DNA from: Bdellovibrionota bacterium
GTDB lineage: Bacteria; Bdellovibrionota; UBA1018; CAIPTA01; JAALKR01
DNA length: 64,000 nt
Assembly (NCBI GenBank): GCA_965207455.1
Contig: CBDBMJ010000001.1
Coordinates: forward strand, 1,440,001 to 1,504,000
Reading direction: 5' to 3'
Below, one piece after another: positions 60,501 through 64,000 of the stretch. Below the pieces are notes generated by a model. It saw only the letters and a list, made by a program, of their open reading frames with translations, was not told where the DNA came from and ran no database searches. How positions within the stretch are numbered: position 1 is the stretch's first letter; each line of letters starts with the position of its first letter. Both the position numbers and the translations under genes were made by a program.

Positions 60501-61856
60501 CTATTTATTTTCTAAAAAATCGTTTAAAAAATTTACTCCATATTTATTATTATTAAAATTTTCATTCTTTAAAACTTTAGTATGGAAAGTACTGTTTGTT
60601 TTTATGCCCTCTATTTTTAATTCACTCAAGGCACGCAACATTTTCTTAATGGCTAGTTCTCTGGTGGCCTCAGTGGTTATGAGTTTTGCAATCATGGAAT
60701 CATAAAATGGGGGAACCGTATAATCATTATAAATGGAACTATCGAATCGCACACCCACCCCGCCTGGAACGTGGAGATCTTCTATGGTGCCAGGGCAAGG
60801 CTGAAATGTTTGAGGATCCTCTGCATTGATCCTACATTCTATGGCATGACCCTTTATGGAAATATCGGATTGCTCAAAAGGCAAGGGTAGATTAGCGGCA
60901 ATTAGGAGTTGAAGCTTCACAATATCCACACCTGTTACAGCTTCACTAATGGGATGCTCCACCTGAATTCTTGTGTTCATTTCTAAAAAATAAAACTCCA
61001 TAGTTTCCATATCCAGCAAGAACTCCACGGTACCCACGTTTTGGTACTTGGACTCTTTGGCTAGTCGAAGAGCTGCCTCACTCATCCGTTGGCGTATATC
61101 GTCGTTGATTATGGGACAGGGCGCCTCTTCTATCAGTTTTTGGTGACGTCGTTGGATAGAACAATCCCTCTCTCCCAAATGAATCATATTCCCAAACTGA
61201 TCACAGGCAATTTGGATTTCCACATGGCGTGCGTTTTCACAAAATTTTTCTATGAACAAATCACCATTACCAAACGCAGCCTTTGCCTCACTGCCTGTTC
61301 TTTCAAAACACCCCTTAAAAGCATCTTTGCTATGAACAATGGTAATTCCTCGACCACCACCACCACAACTGGCTTTTAAAATAACGGGGTAGCCTATTTT
61401 TTCTGCCTCCTTGGCCGCTTCCTCAACGTTTCGCACAACCCCCTGTGTTCCAGGAAGCAAAGGAAGGTTTGCTTTTTTTGCTATTTTCCTAGCTTGGATT
61501 TTATTTCCCAGCAATGCAATACTTTTAGAGGTGGGTCCTATGAATTTAATAGTACAGGCCTCACAAATTCTCGCAAACTCTGCGTCCTCTGATAAAAAAC
61601 CATAACCCGGATGTAAGGCATCGGCATCGGTAAGTTCCGCAGCTGCAATTATGGAAGGGATATTAAGATAGGAAAGCTTGGCGTGGGGTGGACCTATACA
61701 AACAGCTTCATCAGCTAGCTTAACAGGAAGGGACTGCTCATCCGCTTTGGAATAAACTGCCACCGTCTCCAAACCTAAATCCTTGCAAGCCCGAATCACG
61801 CGAAGAGCAATTTCTCCTCTATTAGCTACTAAAACTTTGCGAATACTACCAAGCAT
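60501..61856 (-). CDS. accC: acetyl-CoA carboxylase biotin carboxylase
   Basis: ANRGEIALR, HPGYGFLSE, ERDCSIQRRHQK, EMNTRIQVEH and PPFYDSMIAKL motifs; follows accB. Confidence 0.96.
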   Translation of the reverse strand: MLGSIRKVLVANRGEIALRVIRACKDLGLETVAVYSKADEQSLPVKLADEAVCIGPPHAKLSYLNIPSIIAAAELTDADALHPGYGFLSEDAEFARICEACTIKFIGPTSKSIALLGNKIQARKIAKKANLPLLPGTQGVVRNVEEAAKEAEKIGYPVILKASCGGGGRGITIVHSKDAFKGCFERTGSEAKAAFGNGDLFIEKFCENARHVEIQIACDQFGNMIHLGERDCSIQRRHQKLIEEAPCPIINDDIRQRMSEAALRLAKESKYQNVGTVEFLLDMETMEFYFLEMNTRIQVEHPISEAVTGVDIVKLQLLIAANLPLPFEQSDISIKGHAIECRINAEDPQTFQPCPGTIEDLHVPGGVGVRFDSSIYNDYTVPPFYDSMIAKLITTEATRELAIKKMLRALSELKIEGIKTNSTFHTKVLKNENFNNNKYGVNFLNDFLENK

Positions 61857-61864
61857 GGAAATAC

Positions 61865-62323
61865 CTATTTGGGCTCAATAAGAAAAAGGAGCTGGCCGTA
61901 CTCCACTGCACCCTCTTGCTCTGCTAGGATACCCACAATTTTTCCAGAAAACTCCGCCTCTATTTCGTTCATAATTTTCATGGCTTCAATAATGCAAAGA
62001 ACATCCCCCTTTTCCACTGCCTTTCCAATAGTTACATAGGGGGGCTTTCCTGTACCAGGTGTTCCGTAGTATGTGCCCACAAATGGACTAAGGATTTCCT
62101 TTGTTTTACTCGTATCAAGTTTACTCGCAGGAGCAGTTCGAGTATTTTCTGCCACTTCCGTATGTTGCACAATAGCTGGAGGCACTAAATGGGGTGCACC
62201 CACAACCGTGGCTGACACATCTTTACAAATCCGAATGCACTCCTTGTCTTTTTTCCACTCCAACTCCGCTATTCCAGAGTTCTCCACAAGATTTACTAAT
62301 TTTTGAATATCTTTATATAACAT
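61865..62323 (-). CDS. accB: acetyl-CoA carboxylase biotin carboxyl carrier protein
   Basis: SPFVGTYY and IIEAMKIMNEIEAE motifs. Confidence 0.96.
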   Translation of the reverse strand: MLYKDIQKLVNLVENSGIAELEWKKDKECIRICKDVSATVVGAPHLVPPAIVQHTEVAENTRTAPASKLDTSKTKEILSPFVGTYYGTPGTGKPPYVTIGKAVEKGDVLCIIEAMKIMNEIEAEFSGKIVGILAEQEGAVEYGQLLFLIEPK

Positions 62324-62328
62324 AATAA

Positions 62329-62889
62329 TTAAACCGCCTTTTCCACGTATGAACCATCTCTAGTGTCCACCTTGATTTTTTCCCCTTCGTTGATATGAAA
62401 TGGAACTTGAAGCACAGCTCCCGTCTCTAATGTTGCTGGCTTGGATCCACCACTAGCTGTATCACCTCGAATACCCGGTTCTGTTTTCGTTACAGTGAGT
62501 ACAACAAAATTTGGTGTTTCCACACTAATAGCACTGCCATTGAAAAACAATATGGAGAGATTGATTCCCTCCTGTAAGTAATTTTTTCTGTCGCCCACTT
62601 GCTTTGCCGTCAACTCCAATTGATCGTATGTCTTCACATCCATTACATGGTATGCGTTCCCGTCAGTATACATATACTGCATTGTCTTTTCTTCTATATC
62701 TGGAACACGAATTTTTTCATTATTTTTAAACGTGCGATCCAAGGTATTATTCGTAATAAGATTTTTTAATTTTGTACGAGTAAAGGCAGAACCCTTTCCC
62801 GGACTCACATGCTGAAAATCAATCATTATATAGGGCTGACCGTCCAATTCTATTTTTAAACCTTTACGAAATTGATTTGTACTATACAT
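62329..62889 (-). CDS. efp: elongation factor P
   Basis: HVSPGKGSAF, PGIRGDTA, KPATLETG and VDTRDGSY motifs. Confidence 0.97.
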   Translation of the reverse strand: MYSTNQFRKGLKIELDGQPYIMIDFQHVSPGKGSAFTRTKLKNLITNNTLDRTFKNNEKIRVPDIEEKTMQYMYTDGNAYHVMDVKTYDQLELTAKQVGDRKNYLQEGINLSILFFNGSAISVETPNFVVLTVTKTEPGIRGDTASGGSKPATLETGAVLQVPFHINEGEKIKVDTRDGSYVEKAV

Positions 62890-62913
62890 AGAAAACTCAT
62901 ACCTGTGAAGAAA

Positions 62914-63765
62914 CTAGTTCCTTCGCACCTCTTGGAGCAAACGATCCAAGTACTGTGCTTTTACCATAAGCTCCTCCCTAGCACCCTGAGAATTCTCCCT
63001 TTTTGTGGGCTCCTCTTCTGAAAAGTCCAACTCCAAAAGACGCTCTTTTGCCCAAGCGTCCTTGGGGTTTTTCTGGAGCATGAGGTGCAGTATTTTGTTT
63101 GCCCTATCGGTTAACCCTTGACGTAGGTACAGCTCTGCCACAGTGCGCGTGGCAAATGTGGTGTCCTTATTTTTTACAGCGGACTTGGGACTGATAGGGG
63201 TAGACCCGGAGAGGTCCATTTTCTGGCTATTTTTTTGGCTATTTTTTGGGCTCAAGAGAGGCACAAAATCCCCAAGCTCCCCTGGACCATCCTCCACTAG
63301 GGGGCGCGGACTAGGAGAAAAAGAATTTTCAGCACCATCTTGGGCTTGTTGTATTTTTTCCAATAGTCGGAGGGACTTGGAATCCTGTGGCACTAAATAC
63401 AGTATCTGTTGTAAAGAGGTTTTTGCTGCCTTATATTGTCGGAGTTTTATAAAAACACTGGCCTGAAGACGTTGCGCGCCAATGTTTTCCCAATTTTCCT
63501 CTAAAAGCTTTTCCGTCTCCCGTAAACAATCCGCATATCGCTTGAGATCAAATAAGCAATGGGCATAGGCAAGGATCCCTCTTGTAAAAGAGGGACGATA
63601 CTTCAAACCATCTTCGCAAATCGCCAAAGCCTGGCGTAACATTCCCTTTTCTCGATAGTACTCAGCTAAGGGGGCAAAAACATGGGAGCGTGGATTGGAC
63701 CGGAACTCCTGTAAATGGGTAGCTAGTCTGCTCCCCTGTCCTTCCATTTCTTTGTTTACTTCCAT
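62914..63765 (-). CDS. tetratricopeptide repeat protein
   Basis: NPRS.VFAPLAEYYR TPR start and T.TVAELY..QG....A motif; located between the secretin gene and efp. Confidence 0.8.
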   Translation of the reverse strand: MEVNKEMEGQGSRLATHLQEFRSNPRSHVFAPLAEYYREKGMLRQALAICEDGLKYRPSFTRGILAYAHCLFDLKRYADCLRETEKLLEENWENIGAQRLQASVFIKLRQYKAAKTSLQQILYLVPQDSKSLRLLEKIQQAQDGAENSFSPSPRPLVEDGPGELGDFVPLLSPKNSQKNSQKMDLSGSTPISPKSAVKNKDTTFATRTVAELYLRQGLTDRANKILHLMLQKNPKDAWAKERLLELDFSEEEPTKRENSQGAREELMVKAQYLDRLLQEVRRN

Positions 63766-63779
63766 CTATTTTCCATCTG

Positions 63780-64000
63780 TTATATGGCAAGTTCTGTCTC
63801 TGTTCCCATCCTTGCCTCTGTTTCCGCCTCTTTCTCTATTCCCATCCCATCGTTCATCCTGTCCCTTCGGACTCTGCTGGGATTAATTATTCGGGGCGTT
63901 ACAAAAATTAGTAGTTCCGATTTATTCTTCCTCTTCCTCACATGACCAAACAACCCCCCCACAATGGGTAAATCCTTCAAAATGGGCAGTCCATCGTTCT
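63780..64000 (-). CDS. pilQ: secretin (PilQ-like), C-terminal fragment; gene runs off the window
   Basis: GLPILKDLPIVGGLF...KSELLIFVTPRII secretin signature. Confidence 0.8.
   Translation of the reverse strand, partial: NDGLPILKDLPIVGGLFGHVRKRKNKSELLIFVTPRIINPSRVRRDRMNDGMGIEKEAETEARMGTETELAI

Overview
Bacterial chromosomal window. The gene complement (AglRQS-like TolQ/TolR/TolR motor, PilQ-like secretin, CPAF-like S41 proteases, RCC1 lipoprotein, pilQ-TPR-efp-accBC order) suggests Bdellovibrionota/Oligoflexia or a related deltaproteobacterial lineage; this is an inference. Core regions are 1-14.9 kb (fumC, squalene synthase-like, liu leucine-degradation cluster, motor genes, trxA, gmhA, polA, bfr) and 30.7-64 kb (aconitase, two S41 proteases, ung, ZIP/TonB-dependent receptor/TonB, degenerate bEBP, serA-like, purA, motAB/flbD, uvrB, kamA/epmB, uvrC, tamA/tamB-like, accCB, efp). 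An accessory block at about 14.9-30.7 kb surrounds tRNA-Ser(GGA). It holds repeat lipoproteins, an array of structured tRNA-linked repeats, a truncated Fic gene, three tandem mosaic hexapeptide-repeat genes, a CusCBA-type pump, an orphan Dam-type methylase, and an XRE-HTH/ImmA-IrrE peptidase/small-ORF module. That module carries three copies of a GTTGT-N9-ACAAC palindrome on its promoters and looks like a complete protease-triggered switch controlling an unknown 74-aa protein; it is the best candidate for an undescribed system. No integrase, reverse transcriptase, CRISPR array or rRNA was seen.
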